Virus record (IMG/VR): IMGVR_UViG_3300026382_000012
Location: 1 to 64,000 of that record
DNA: 64,000 nt
Direction: 5' to 3' (one strand)
Origin: a virus
Below, one piece after another: positions 28,867-40,416 of the stretch; positions within the stretch are counted from its first letter, which is position 1, and each line of letters opens with the position of its first letter. Both the position numbers and the translations under genes were made by a program. Below the pieces are notes generated by a model that was not told the DNA's origin, ran no database searches, and was given only the letters and a program-made list of their open reading frames with translations.

Positions 28867-30783
28867 TTATCTAACCTTTAAGGATACAACGATAAATTCA
28901 ATAGCTCTAATGAATTTAACATCAAGATCAATATATAATGTACTACTTGTATCATCAAATCTTACATTTAATTTATATTCTTTAATTGCTTCTTTTGTGA
29001 ATAACGGGCCGCCTTCTAACCATTGTTTGAGATAATTATTAACTCTTCTATATGCTTCTTTAATTACATTAGTAGTAGCTTTTCTTTGTAGTAGATCTTT
29101 AAGTATTTTTGGTATCTCTTTTCTAAATGTATGTATAACTTTTACAACATGCGCGCGCTGTAATATAGAAAGTCTCTTATAAGTAGTGAATTGTGTTGGT
29201 ATATAAGTACCATCAGGTTCTTTAATAGTTGGGTTGATCTGCCTATTGGTTAATTCATTAGCTTGGGCAAATATAGGAGAATAACTTAACTCAATAGGAT
29301 CCTGAATAAATGCTTTAAACATAGCAACGGGTTCAGCAATACCTTGAGTATTATCTACATTTAGATGACATTCAAGAGCATGATATGTGGGCGGGAACCA
29401 AACAGTTTTACCTGTATAAGGATCAGTCATTTTTCTATATTGGGAATATAACATAACATTGTATGTGGCATATGGTACATCATTTAATCTAGATTCAATA
29501 TCTTGAGTATATTTAGTATTAAACGGCATAGAAATTAAACCTAATACATCCTCTCTTACATCACAGAATTCTCTCATTGCAGCCTTAACTGTGAGAGGAT
29601 ATCCTGGATCTACTACATAATCGATTGGATAATATTGATATTGTGTATCTAGTAATTTAACACAATCTTCAGAATAAGTACCATTGAATACAGATGTTAA
29701 TAATTTATTTGCGACGCTCCAATCCAATTTACCAAATGAATCAAATAGAGATCCATCGGAACCGTTTTCGAAGTTAATCTGATCAGAGAAAGATTCTACT
29801 ACTAATTTTCTTGCATAAAGAGCTTCTACATCATTAGCACCGGCGCCATATAGAGATTTAACTTTATCTTCATTTGCAATTACTCTGATAAATTCAGAAT
29901 CTTCATTTATTCTAGTAACAATGTATAATTCTCTACCTGTAGTAGGATGTCTTACTGTATTGCCTGCAATTTTGTTTACTAAAGATGCAGTAATGGGGCC
30001 TTCTAATAATTTAACAGAACCATCTTCTTGTTCTTCATAAACATATATATCAACAAACATATATGGGAATAATGGATCACCTTTCTCATCTACATACATT
30101 TGTTCTAAAGTTGTATTTCTTACAAAAGATATTTTGATTTTGTTATAGAATTCGCCGCGACCAATTGGATAGAAAGTAAATACAGAATCATTAAATCCAG
30201 GATCACCTTTTAGTTCTTCTACTGAATTGGCATTAGATACAGAATCTAAAGTAACAACAGGTACTTTATGTACAATCGCGCCTGTATTAACACTTACAGG
30301 CTTATCTAATGTAATAGTATTACTAGAAGTATCAATATTAACAACAGTATATACATTGTTAATATCTTTATTAAAGAATATCTTATCATTTATAGAAATT
30401 TTAGATACATCATCTAATTCAATATCAGTAGCATCTGTATAATTGTTCTGTACTACAGGATTGGGCGAATAATCATTAATATTAACAGAAATTCTTTTAT
30501 TAGCTAATGTTGCATCATCAGGCAATACTCTAATGAGATATACCTTATTAGTATATAGAGATGCTTTTAATGCAAAATGCAAACCAAATCCATATTTCTC
30601 AGGATCTGGTTTTCCATAAACTCTTTCAATTTGAGTAGGAGAACTCATTAATTCTATTGTTTTATCCGGGCCTTTTGGAGATAAAATTGGTATGAATACT
30701 ACTCTATCGCCCGAGAAATTTGGTTCTACATAAGATACATCTTGAACATAGAATTGTATTTGGGGCATAGTTGTTAAAGACAT
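28867..30783 (-). CDS. Contractile tail sheath protein (gp18-like)
   Basis: KGP...YGKPD...YLIRV, DPYTGKTVWFPP, QINP, RAIEFI; SD favours start at 30783. Confidence 0.9.
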   Translation of the reverse strand: MSLTTMPQIQFYVQDVSYVEPNFSGDRVVFIPILSPKGPDKTIELMSSPTQIERVYGKPDPEKYGFGLHFALKASLYTNKVYLIRVLPDDATLANKRISVNINDYSPNPVVQNNYTDATDIELDDVSKISINDKIFFNKDINNVYTVVNIDTSSNTITLDKPVSVNTGAIVHKVPVVTLDSVSNANSVEELKGDPGFNDSVFTFYPIGRGEFYNKIKISFVRNTTLEQMYVDEKGDPLFPYMFVDIYVYEEQEDGSVKLLEGPITASLVNKIAGNTVRHPTTGRELYIVTRINEDSEFIRVIANEDKVKSLYGAGANDVEALYARKLVVESFSDQINFENGSDGSLFDSFGKLDWSVANKLLTSVFNGTYSEDCVKLLDTQYQYYPIDYVVDPGYPLTVKAAMREFCDVREDVLGLISMPFNTKYTQDIESRLNDVPYATYNVMLYSQYRKMTDPYTGKTVWFPPTYHALECHLNVDNTQGIAEPVAMFKAFIQDPIELSYSPIFAQANELTNRQINPTIKEPDGTYIPTQFTTYKRLSILQRAHVVKVIHTFRKEIPKILKDLLQRKATTNVIKEAYRRVNNYLKQWLEGGPLFTKEAIKEYKLNVRFDDTSSTLYIDLDVKFIRAIEFIVVSLKVR

Positions 30784-30841
30784 GTCTAACTTCTCCTTCT
30801 TATACACAAAAAGATCAAAAAATAAGAATGGAAATTATTCT

Positions 30842-31315
30842 TTATTTATCAGGTTTATAATAGTATTTTTTGAAATATCGATATATTAATTTTGATGCTT
30901 CATCAAAAGTAAAACCGGTTAGGTTGTATTTAGTTACAACATAAGATGCAAATATTTCTAAATATTTATTAACTTGTTCGTCTGAAGTGAACTTTCTTCT
31001 AATACAAGCTAGTTGTTCTCCATACGCCTCACACTCAAATTCAAATGTTTTTCTTTCAGACCATTTAGTTATACACCTGGGTAGAAATTTAAAGTATTTT
31101 AGCCATCTACCTAAAATATATTTTATAGGATTATTCCAAAATTGTTTTGAGTGTCTTATTTCATGCTGTATTAAACAATCATCATGACTATAATCTGGTC
31201 TAATAAAGTTAATAAATCCGATATTATAACCACTAAATCTTTTAGGAATAAAATCATCTGTAAATATAACAATTATAGGAAAGATCTTCTTATATAACTT
31301 ACAGAAGAATGACAT
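30842..31315 (-). CDS. HExxH zinc-metallopeptidase-like protein
   Basis: IQHEIRHSKQ...FECEAY. Confidence 0.6.
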   Translation of the reverse strand: MSFFCKLYKKIFPIIVIFTDDFIPKRFSGYNIGFINFIRPDYSHDDCLIQHEIRHSKQFWNNPIKYILGRWLKYFKFLPRCITKWSERKTFEFECEAYGEQLACIRRKFTSDEQVNKYLEIFASYVVTKYNLTGFTFDEASKLIYRYFKKYYYKPDK

Positions 31316-31357
31316 TTTTTATATCCGCCCGCAATTATTTATTATAAAACAAATAAA

Positions 31358-31984
31358 TTAGAATAATAAATACCATTCTATTCTAACTTTATCAGATGGA
31401 TCTATATATTTACCAGAAAAGCATACATGTGCAAATATACCTTTAACTTGATTATTAGAGTTATCTACATAGAAAAGGGCTGCTTCTGATAATAGAAATG
31501 TAGATGTTAGATTATCATCTGATTTAGAAGGATTGACAACTAATGTTACTTTTGCAGTTGTATAAGAATTGGTTGTAGAATCTTTTATTATTTCTATTCC
31601 GCCGCCGTCTAGTGTTATTGGTTTTGCGGCGTATTCGATTGTATTACCTTGTTGATCTACATATGATAGATAGTTTGTATTATTTTTAGCAAGTTGTATG
31701 CCTTTATAGATAGAATAGTCGTTATCAAGCGGGCCAACTAAAGCTGTTAGATTATCTGATTCAGTTCCACCTGAGCCGATGCCAAAATGTGTAATATTAT
31801 AAGATCTTAAATCAGATGACGCACCAGTTGATACATTTAATACCTTTTGAACAGCAAATTCTCTACCTTTATATACTACTAGATTATGTGTAGATTCTAC
31901 TAATTCATCATTAACAAATAAATTAACCATATTAACTTTGTCTTTTAACTTTTTATTCTCAAAGATTGGTATTATCTTTTCCAT
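31358..31984 (-). CDS. Probable baseplate/tail structural protein
   Basis: HNLVVYKGR, HFGIGSGG, SEAALF, EWYLLF pattern; tail-module context. Confidence 0.6.
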   Translation of the reverse strand: MEKIIPIFENKKLKDKVNMVNLFVNDELVESTHNLVVYKGREFAVQKVLNVSTGASSDLRSYNITHFGIGSGGTESDNLTALVGPLDNDYSIYKGIQLAKNNTNYLSYVDQQGNTIEYAAKPITLDGGGIEIIKDSTTNSYTTAKVTLVVNPSKSDDNLTSTFLLSEAALFYVDNSNNQVKGIFAHVCFSGKYIDPSDKVRIEWYLLF

Positions 31985-31998
31985 GACTGCTCCTAGTT

Positions 31999-33768
31999 CT
32001 AATTTATCATTATATTAACATAATCATTGATCATTATACGCGGCGATTTATCAACTACTATATCCTGACTCTTGACATCATTATTATAAAACTCTAGTTG
32101 ATCTTGGTGTATTTTCTTATATCTAATACTATCAAGTTCATCAAATATACTAATGCTATTAGATTTAGTTAAATCTATTTCTAATGTAGAAATATCGTAA
32201 ATAATGTTTCTTATTCTAATTAACATATGCAATATCAAAGTTTTAATATATTCAATTGGTGTATCATCTTTATTTTCTATTTTTTGATAAATTGTATCAA
32301 GATGATCATCTATGTTTAAATTATCTTTTTTAGAGAAAGTATTATATAGACATGAAATATCAAGAATATGTTGTAGTGATTTATTTAGAATAGATAAAAT
32401 TGTTTTTTTGTCATATCTAATCGGCGCGTTATCAATATTCTGTTTTGTAATATATATAGATTTAACAAAAGATTCAATATATAGATTTGTGAGTTTATCA
32501 TTAATAGTCAATAGTATATAATCAACAATTTCACTTAAAATCAATATATTTACGGGCTTATAATAGTTGATAAATTGATATGAAATCCTTTCTTCAATTG
32601 GTATTTGTTCTGCAAATAAGTAGTTCTTGATAAAAATATCAATGTATGGCACGTTATAGAAATTTATACTAATAGATTTTTTTGTTTTTATTATTAGGCT
32701 ATATAAATCGTATTCTTTATTCGTAGAATTGTTATATACACTATTTAGATACTGTATTAATGCTGGGTATTTTGCATATAGATAAGATTGTAAGTCTATA
32801 AAATCATATTCTGTCGGCTGCGGGTGTGTTAATTGTGTGAACTTTTGCTTTATGTATTGTTTAAATTTATCATATGTAGATTTATCCTTAATTTTATTGT
32901 ATTTAGATATTACTGTTTCTATTTCTGAGAATGATATTGTATTATTCTCGGCGCTATATTGTACTTCTACAATTGAAGGTTGATTTATAGTTAATTTAGA
33001 AATATTTTTAAATAGAGCTACTATGTAATAGTAGATTCTAATTATATCTTCAAATTGAACCTCAAATGTTTTATCGTAATATAAGATAACTTTTCTGCTC
33101 TTTAAATAATTAAATATTATCTGCGAAATTATCTCATTCATTAATGATATTGTTTGTTGGTTATTTGAAACGATTAATAAAATATTAGTTTTTTGAGGGG
33201 ATACTGCGTTATTATTACGAAATTGTGTTAGCCACTCATTTTTTGTTATTAATAATTCAGGAATACTATTGTATGCAGTATCATATGATATAATGGAATA
33301 TTTACTTTCTAAACTTGCTGGAGGTTTGATAATCCATTCAGGAACTAAATAAACATCATCTAAGTCTTTATTATAAACAAGATTTAATTCCGCAATATAA
33401 ATATCTTCGTCAAATAAATCTACTATATCTTTAATAAATTTAATAGTTGATTGGTCTGATAAAAATAATTGTAGTGATTTTAGTATTTTTTGAATATCTA
33501 CTATTGATAGTTTGTTAATTAAATGTTCTGGTATGCCGTAAGTTAGTAATATTTTTTTAGATAAATCTATTGATGAAGTAAAATCATGAAAACTTAGTAT
33601 TTCATCTAACTCTTTTGGAATATCCTCATATAAGTCCTTTAATAAATGATTCTTAATTATATCGAGAATAATAGATGTTATCAGAATATCATTATTATTA
33701 AAGTTGTTTAAATTAGTTTGGATTTGATTTATAAGCTCATTAATTTTATCTTTATCTATGGTTGCCAT
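31999..33768 (-). CDS. Probable baseplate wedge protein
   Basis: Context; FINYYKP motif. Confidence 0.45.
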   Translation of the reverse strand: MATIDKDKINELINQIQTNLNNFNNNDILITSIILDIIKNHLLKDLYEDIPKELDEILSFHDFTSSIDLSKKILLTYGIPEHLINKLSIVDIQKILKSLQLFLSDQSTIKFIKDIVDLFDEDIYIAELNLVYNKDLDDVYLVPEWIIKPPASLESKYSIISYDTAYNSIPELLITKNEWLTQFRNNNAVSPQKTNILLIVSNNQQTISLMNEIISQIIFNYLKSRKVILYYDKTFEVQFEDIIRIYYYIVALFKNISKLTINQPSIVEVQYSAENNTISFSEIETVISKYNKIKDKSTYDKFKQYIKQKFTQLTHPQPTEYDFIDLQSYLYAKYPALIQYLNSVYNNSTNKEYDLYSLIIKTKKSISINFYNVPYIDIFIKNYLFAEQIPIEERISYQFINYYKPVNILILSEIVDYILLTINDKLTNLYIESFVKSIYITKQNIDNAPIRYDKKTILSILNKSLQHILDISCLYNTFSKKDNLNIDDHLDTIYQKIENKDDTPIEYIKTLILHMLIRIRNIIYDISTLEIDLTKSNSISIFDELDSIRYKKIHQDQLEFYNNDVKSQDIVVDKSPRIMINDYVNIMIN

Positions 33769-34787
33769 TTTAGTTTATCCAACAAATATAATAAAACGAT
33801 TATCTTTTCTAAATCAGAACTATAACTATTAATGTTAAAAGTATTATTTGATACGGATTCATCAATTAAAGCATAATCTACATTGACTGGGCTTATTGAT
33901 TCTTGAAAATATTGATTGTTTTGATAGTAATTCAAATCGCCGCCCGTGTTATTTAAATTATTATAGTCCTTAACAAAAATATTCTTAGGTTTAGGTAAAT
34001 GTTTATAACCAAATGGCATATAAATATCTAAATGATGAAATTTCTTATTTGCTTTAGATATTGCATCGTATATCCATTTATTGATTTCGTAAAAGACATA
34101 TTTATTATCATTATATGTTATCTGAAGTAATTCGTCTGAAGTTAATAATGTTTTTAAATACTGTTTATATTGTGTATTAATTATGTTAACAATTTTTGTT
34201 TTTAGCGAGTAATCCTCTAATGGTATATATTCTTCTTTCGCATAATCATAGATATATCTATTATTAATATTTAAAGAAGCTAGAATATTATCTGGGTTGG
34301 AAGTATCAAGTTCAGTTAAAACAGGCGCGGGTTCTAAATCTAATTCATATACAGGCAAATCATTAAAATTATTTAACGGTACTCTAAAATTAGTTACTCT
34401 ATATAATACTAGTTTTTGATCATTAGGTGTGTAAAATTGGACTAAATCACCAATATATACTTTTGGTATAGTGTATATTTGGATGTTAAAAATAGTTGAA
34501 AATCTAGAGAAATCTTTATCTTGTTCATTTGATGTCATATTAATGATAGGTGAAGTGTAAAATGCGGGCGTGAATTCATAAACATCAAATACAATACCTG
34601 TTAAATTCTTTCTGTATTTATCAAAAGTTAACAGTGCATCTTCATCATATGTAGACTTATCCAAATTAATATTTAGATATCTAATAGGTATACTTGTTGT
34701 TTTAGCGTTCAAATAATATTTTGATATTCTAAGATATTCCTGGTATATATTTAAAACTTCTAATGGATAATTGTACATATTATACAT
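33756..34787 (-). CDS. Probable virion structural protein
   Basis: Context only. Confidence 0.45.
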   Translation of the reverse strand: MYNMYNYPLEVLNIYQEYLRISKYYLNAKTTSIPIRYLNINLDKSTYDEDALLTFDKYRKNLTGIVFDVYEFTPAFYTSPIINMTSNEQDKDFSRFSTIFNIQIYTIPKVYIGDLVQFYTPNDQKLVLYRVTNFRVPLNNFNDLPVYELDLEPAPVLTELDTSNPDNILASLNINNRYIYDYAKEEYIPLEDYSLKTKIVNIINTQYKQYLKTLLTSDELLQITYNDNKYVFYEINKWIYDAISKANKKFHHLDIYMPFGYKHLPKPKNIFVKDYNNLNNTGGDLNYYQNNQYFQESISPVNVDYALIDESVSNNTFNINSYSSDLEKIIVLLYLLDKLKWQP

Positions 34788-34826
34788 AACTTTTCTCTTT
34801 AAATGTTTAACATTAATTAAAAATAG

Positions 34827-35357
34827 TTAGAATGCTAAACTGATTACTGTGGTTTCAACATCAACTGTAAGCTCTATTAATATTGTTACTGTCGCGCGAT
34901 CATACTGTTCTAAATTTTGAATTGTTATTTTATTAACTTTAACGTAAACACCAAATAAATCTTGAATTTGAGATATTAAATCTGTTATTTCACTATTTAT
35001 CGCTAATTGAACTATAGAAGTATTTCTTGTTTGTAGTTTTTCGTGTAGAGTAGTTCCGAATTCCGGATCAAATGGATATGTACCTTTTCTTATCCTAAAA
35101 AAATTAGTTATATAGTTTCTAACAGCTTCTTTTATATCTGTTATATGTTTTAAATCATATTCACCACACGCCAGAGAAATATCATGTACATTTGATAAAC
35201 TATTATTTGTTTTTAATATAGTATTATTTAGATACTCATAAATAATCTCTCTTAAATTTAACGGCAAACTATCTACTTCTATTTTATCTTGAATTCTTAT
35301 AGATAATGGTAACTGGTTTAAGATTGAAATAGGTAATTTCTTTGTTTCAATAATCAT
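34827..35357 (-). CDS. gp25-like baseplate protein
   Basis: KGTYPFDPEFGTTL motif. Confidence 0.75.
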   Translation of the reverse strand: MIIETKKLPISILNQLPLSIRIQDKIEVDSLPLNLREIIYEYLNNTILKTNNSLSNVHDISLACGEYDLKHITDIKEAVRNYITNFFRIRKGTYPFDPEFGTTLHEKLQTRNTSIVQLAINSEITDLISQIQDLFGVYVKVNKITIQNLEQYDRATVTILIELTVDVETTVISLAF

Positions 35358-35384
35358 GATTGGTTACCTGTTGATTATAAAAAA

Positions 35385-36431
35385 TTAAAGTATTTTTTGC
35401 ATTTGATGCATTTTCTGTTTTTGTATTTTAGTTTTCTGTTTAAATGAATCAATAAGCGTTTTACTTAACTTTTCAAAAACAGGATAAGGCAGGTTAATAA
35501 ATTCATTAAATGATGTAAAATGATTTTCTGATACTGTATATAATGTTTCAAATAGACTAATATACTCATTTAGATATGATTCTTGTTTAGTTTTATGTTC
35601 AGTAATATTAATAAATTCTAATAGTGGTGATAATGATAATAGTATTGTGTTTTTACAATGAGGGCATTTTAATTCGTATCTATAATTAGGGCAGTATACT
35701 TTAATATTATTTTGGTAGAAAAATAAAAGTTGATTATAGATATTAGCGGGCAAATTAACAATTAACTCATATATTTCATCAGGCTTATCTAGTATTTCAT
35801 TTTTATTAGAATCATTATCCGTAGTCAATATAATCTGTTTTGTGTGTAATGTTAATTCAGTATGTATATCTAAAATAGATCCATATTTCTCTATATTATA
35901 GTTTATTGTTTCGGTAGTCAATCCGCGCACTTTTATAAGATATGTATATATATTTGGTATAAACATTATGAATTTAATGCTAGTTTGATTATCTATTTTA
36001 TATTCAAAATTGAAGTCGTATTCGAAATATGGTTTATTTTTATTCCATATTTTAATATTCTTTAGACTAATAAATTCTTTCAAGGAAATATCATATTTAA
36101 AGTTATTCTCGCAAATGGGGCATTTAATTGGTTTTTCATATGAATCATTTGTTTCGTATGTGCATAACGTATAAGTATATGCTATAGACTCTATTTCGTA
36201 ATATGAGACATAATATAAGAAATTTTCAAATGTTGAGAAATATTCTTTAAATTGCACAGGAATCAGATTAAAATTTTGATAGAATTTATGTAAAATAAAC
36301 TGTAATTTCATTGAGAATGATAAATTATTTGCCGACCTTATCTCAATTAGATCTTTTATTTTTAAAGATGGGGCGCCTATTTCGGCCCCCAATATATTAA
36401 AGATAACAGTAGACGTATTATATTCTAGCAT
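35385..36431 (-). CDS. Baseplate hub assembly protein (gp26/gp51-like), paralog of 36464..37372
   Basis: CPIC and CPHC; WNKNKPY and PNYRY shared with the neighbour. Confidence 0.6.
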   Translation of the reverse strand: MLEYNTSTVIFNILGAEIGAPSLKIKDLIEIRSANNLSFSMKLQFILHKFYQNFNLIPVQFKEYFSTFENFLYYVSYYEIESIAYTYTLCTYETNDSYEKPIKCPICENNFKYDISLKEFISLKNIKIWNKNKPYFEYDFNFEYKIDNQTSIKFIMFIPNIYTYLIKVRGLTTETINYNIEKYGSILDIHTELTLHTKQIILTTDNDSNKNEILDKPDEIYELIVNLPANIYNQLLFFYQNNIKVYCPNYRYELKCPHCKNTILLSLSPLLEFINITEHKTKQESYLNEYISLFETLYTVSENHFTSFNEFINLPYPVFEKLSKTLIDSFKQKTKIQKQKMHQMQKIL

Positions 36432-36463
36432 ATTAAATTACCTACATATTACTTACGATCTAT

Positions 36464-37372
36464 TTACATTAATACTCTTGTGATGAATTCAAAAATCGGA
36501 TGATAGAATATTTCCGTTTCTTTTTCACATTCTGGGCATTTAATCTTATATGCATAGTTAGGAATATATTTAGTAAATTCATCATTAAATCTATTTAATA
36601 CTTCTTCAATAATATTTTCGGGCAAAGATTCTAATACAATTTTAATATCATACATATTATCAAGTATGGTTTTATTTTCACCTTCGGGTTTATCTTTCTC
36701 AATAATTTCCATTGTATTGGTAATAAACAAACATCTTTCTACATTAGATGATGTTAATGTATATAATGGCAAATTGGTTCTTTCATTAACTGACGTTTCA
36801 TTCAAAATCTTTTTAGAAATTGCTATTTCATGATAAAGCGTTGCGATTTTAGTATTAAAAACAATATCAATATTATCATCAAGTTGTAGGCTAATAGTAT
36901 AAACATAATCAGTAAACGGTTTTTCTTTATCCCATGTTTTAGAAGTATTTTCAAAATTGGAATATGGTAATTTATCTATTTTATTAGTCGCCTCGCAATA
37001 TGGACATACAAATTCATAATCCTTCATATATTCAAATGTAGCTATATTCAATGCATGGAATAACGCAATAACATCAAATATAGATTCTGATTTTAAAAAT
37101 TTTTCAAATGTGATTATCTTGCTTTCATCTTCCTCGTTAACATTTTTACCTTCTAGTATATGGCTATATATAGTGAAATATAATTTTTCAGTAATTTTAG
37201 ATTCGGGCTTTCTAGGATTGATTATCTGTTTTAATTCTTGCTCATCTTTACCTTTCAATGGAGTAATGGTATATTCATGTAAAGATATTGGTGTCTTAAT
37301 TTTAGTATTTTTTGATTCAATTGATTTGTTAATGATGTTTAATACGCGCGATACTTTACCAATAGAAGACAT
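36464..37372 (-). CDS. Baseplate hub protein (gp26-like)
   Basis: PLKGKDE, CPYC, CPEC. Confidence 0.62.
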   Translation of the reverse strand: MSSIGKVSRVLNIINKSIESKNTKIKTPISLHEYTITPLKGKDEQELKQIINPRKPESKITEKLYFTIYSHILEGKNVNEEDESKIITFEKFLKSESIFDVIALFHALNIATFEYMKDYEFVCPYCEATNKIDKLPYSNFENTSKTWDKEKPFTDYVYTISLQLDDNIDIVFNTKIATLYHEIAISKKILNETSVNERTNLPLYTLTSSNVERCLFITNTMEIIEKDKPEGENKTILDNMYDIKIVLESLPENIIEEVLNRFNDEFTKYIPNYAYKIKCPECEKETEIFYHPIFEFITRVLM

Positions 37373-37415
37373 AAATTACCTCCTAATATATACAAGTTAG
37401 TTTTTTAATTTATTC

Positions 37416-37430
37416 ATATAGATATTATAA
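37416..37430 (+). promoter_or_regulatory. Putative phage promoter ATATAGATATTAT
   Basis: Exact copy in a divergent intergenic gap. Confidence 0.55.
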
Positions 37431-37458
37431 TTAGAACCATTTTATTGGAGGTTAGATA

Positions 37459-37836
37459 ATGTACAAATATATTATACTTTGGTATTACGACCCAGAAACA
37501 GGAAAACCTGTTTTTAGAGCAGGTGTTGAAATCAATATGGATAAATATGAAACTGGCCTCAATAAATTAAAATTATATACATTACAATTCGGTCAAAATA
37601 TGCATGAATTATTATCTGATGAATCAATAAAAGAAACTTTATTAAGTGATAAAGACATTAAATATGTTATTGATATAACAGAAACATTAATAATGCTTAA
37701 ACTAATAAAAACCATTCAATGCACAAAAGAAACAATATTCGATGTAGATGAGTCATTAGGAAAAAATTGGAAAGAGATGATGCAAGAAAACTTTGAATAC
37801 TTTTACAATTTATTATCTAAATATGAAAATCTTTAG
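37459..37836 (+). CDS. Hypothetical protein
   Basis: GGAGG SD, own putative promoter. Confidence 0.65.
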   Translation: MYKYIILWYYDPETGKPVFRAGVEINMDKYETGLNKLKLYTLQFGQNMHELLSDESIKETLLSDKDIKYVIDITETLIMLKLIKTIQCTKETIFDVDESLGKNWKEMMQENFEYFYNLLSKYENL

Positions 37837-37862
37837 TATATAACTATAGCTATAACCTTAAA

Positions 37863-39110
37863 TTAACAATACAATTCATAAAGAAATGTTCGACCGTATT
37901 TTTTATTGACACCAAAAAATGTCTGTGATGGTTTTGAGATTAGATTTTTATTGAAAGAATATTCATCTATGCCTTTTAATGAACCATTAACTATTATGCC
38001 ACCTAAAGGTCTATTAATAGTTAATGGTTGATGAAAATGCCCAATACAAACATAATGCACAGGCATATTATAAGAAGATAGCATTAGTTCTTGTTTATTA
38101 GTATAATCTCTTAACATACCGTAATATGGTATAGAATTCCAAATCCTAATATTATCGCCGTGACTGAATACTATATTATGATCTTGAATTGTGACGAAAA
38201 TAAAGTTAGATTTAGGTATAAAGGATTTAAATTTGGGCTTATTAGGAATTTTATCCTGATTAAATAATATTGAAATTTCTCTTTCGGTTATTTTATAAAC
38301 TAAATAATCATAGGAAGATGATGGATCTTTATATTCTTTTTTCTTTGTGGTACGCCCATGGTTTCCAGGAACACCATAGAAATAAATTTCATCAAAATAA
38401 TTGGATATGGTTAGAATAAATGAAGTTAATAATGTAGATGTATATAATATTTGATCTGCTATATTTAATGAATTAGTTTTATCTAATTCATCATGTAGAT
38501 TATTACCAGATATCATATCACCTAAACAAACAATATGAATTCTTTTAATAGTTGAAATATTTCTATGAAGCATAGTTAATTCTATTATTTTATTTGTTAT
38601 TTTTTCTAATCTTTCGCGCGCGATTTCCTCATTATACTCATTTAAATATCCAACTACTTCAGGATTAACAGTTTCACCTATATGCCAATCAGATAATAAT
38701 ATTACTACATCTTCTTCATCTTTATTAATATCAATATCTATATTTTTTGTATTGCTTATATAGATATTATTATTTTGAATATGAAATGGCTCTATTTGTT
38801 GTATATATTTCTCAATATTATTATTGATAAGGTTTAAAATATCATCATTATGTGATTTCTGTTTAGCTAGATTATTATATTTAGTTAATAATGATTTGTA
38901 TTTGGATTCGTAATTTTTATATTTGGAATATATTTCCTCAAATGTACCGTTATACTCTTTAAATAAATTTGCTAATTGACGTACTAGCTTAGCATAATAT
39001 ATTGATATATTATACTGTTTAGAAATTTTATGTGCGCCGATATGTTTATTAGTTTGTTGTTCTTTTTTATAAATCTCAGTAGCAATATGGTATAATTCGT
39101 TGATGTTCAT
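37863..39110 (-). CDS. Calcineurin-like metallophosphoesterase with N-terminal HTH/coiled coil
   Basis: SDWH, GD, GNHGR, HGD, GHFH. Confidence 0.85.
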   Translation of the reverse strand: MNINELYHIATEIYKKEQQTNKHIGAHKISKQYNISIYYAKLVRQLANLFKEYNGTFEEIYSKYKNYESKYKSLLTKYNNLAKQKSHNDDILNLINNNIEKYIQQIEPFHIQNNNIYISNTKNIDIDINKDEEDVVILLSDWHIGETVNPEVVGYLNEYNEEIARERLEKITNKIIELTMLHRNISTIKRIHIVCLGDMISGNNLHDELDKTNSLNIADQILYTSTLLTSFILTISNYFDEIYFYGVPGNHGRTTKKKEYKDPSSSYDYLVYKITEREISILFNQDKIPNKPKFKSFIPKSNFIFVTIQDHNIVFSHGDNIRIWNSIPYYGMLRDYTNKQELMLSSYNMPVHYVCIGHFHQPLTINRPLGGIIVNGSLKGIDEYSFNKNLISKPSQTFFGVNKKYGRTFLYELYC

Positions 39111-39144
39111 ATATAAACTCCTAAACTACTTTAAAGGAGACATA

Positions 39145-39906
39145 ATGGTTAAGTTTTGTTGTAAGAAAAACGAAAAGTTTATGCTGTCAGAACATGAAGT
39201 AATAAACCTAATTAACAAATATATTCATAATATGGTTGTATATATATTAAAGGCAACTATAGATTTTGATAGAATGGTTACACTAGAATTTGTTATGGAT
39301 AATAAGTATTTATCAAATACAGTAATAGTTAATATTAATATGTTAATTGATAAAGAGACGATAAATTCTAAAGATGTATATAATACAATAGAGAAATCCC
39401 TATATAAAATTACGCGGTTTGATTTTGAACATATTTATGATAGAATAAATGTTCAAGACTATGGTTTAAAGATTGATGAGTTTTTTATTCCGAATGATGT
39501 ATTTAGTCTTATTGACTTTAATTCAAAATTTTACGTCAATGAAAGTATATATTCTATGTTATTGGTGCCGCCGCAATATATAGACGATTTTATAACAGAA
39601 TCGGAAATAGACGATATACATGATAATCTTATCTTATTGATAGATGAGATCGAAGATGTAATTGACGTTTGGAAATATCCTATTACTATTGTTTTATCCG
39701 GACATAATACTTACATATGCAGCAATACATTACGTATTGAAAAAATACCAATCTCTACACATAAGCTAAAAGATATATTATCTAACAAAGAATGGAATGA
39801 AGAGAAATTTAAATTAGTTGATTTCTTACTTAAACATCTGTATGGATTATATGATAAAGATATAAGAGATGTGGCCATGAATAAGTTAAAACTGCAAATA
39901 CTATAG
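39145..39906 (+). CDS. Hypothetical protein (C-terminal motif family)
   Basis: Start from element/SD at 39124; ends AMNKLKLQIL. Confidence 0.7.
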   Translation: MVKFCCKKNEKFMLSEHEVINLINKYIHNMVVYILKATIDFDRMVTLEFVMDNKYLSNTVIVNINMLIDKETINSKDVYNTIEKSLYKITRFDFEHIYDRINVQDYGLKIDEFFIPNDVFSLIDFNSKFYVNESIYSMLLVPPQYIDDFITESEIDDIHDNLILLIDEIEDVIDVWKYPITIVLSGHNTYICSNTLRIEKIPISTHKLKDILSNKEWNEEKFKLVDFLLKHLYGLYDKDIRDVAMNKLKLQIL

Positions 39907-39927
39907 AACTACTTAAAGAGAGGAGCG

Positions 39928-40416
39928 ATGTTAGTTTATGCAACAATTAATAAAAAATATTCCACGTTTATAGAATCTAGAAAAATGAAAAAATTTATAG
40001 ACAAAATTATTGATTTATTCAATAACAATGTATGCATTAACCTTACTGCATACGGATTTATAGACATCGAAATTTACAGAATATTAACTAGAGATAAAGA
40101 TAAAGAGAAGTTATTAATATTGGATATTGAGTTAAAACATATATTTAGTTTCATTTTAGAAATGACTAATACTCAAGAAAATTGGAATAAGCTATTTAAG
40201 CTGACTAAAAATCCTACCAAGATAGTTAAATACGAATACATCTATAAAAGATTATCTAAAGAATCTCAATTTATTTATTTTGATTCAGAATTGTTGAAAT
40301 TATTTGATCGCCCTATACCATTATTCAACTTAGAAATATTAGAATTATTCGATCGCGCAGTTTCATTAAATGAAATAAAACAAAACATAAATAAAGCGAG
40401 AAAAACATGTACGTAG
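39928..40416 (+). CDS. Hypothetical protein
   Basis: ORF after element; ends INKARKTCT. Confidence 0.6.
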   Translation: MLVYATINKKYSTFIESRKMKKFIDKIIDLFNNNVCINLTAYGFIDIEIYRILTRDKDKEKLLILDIELKHIFSFILEMTNTQENWNKLFKLTKNPTKIVKYEYIYKRLSKESQFIYFDSELLKLFDRPIPLFNLEILELFDRAVSLNEIKQNINKARKTCT

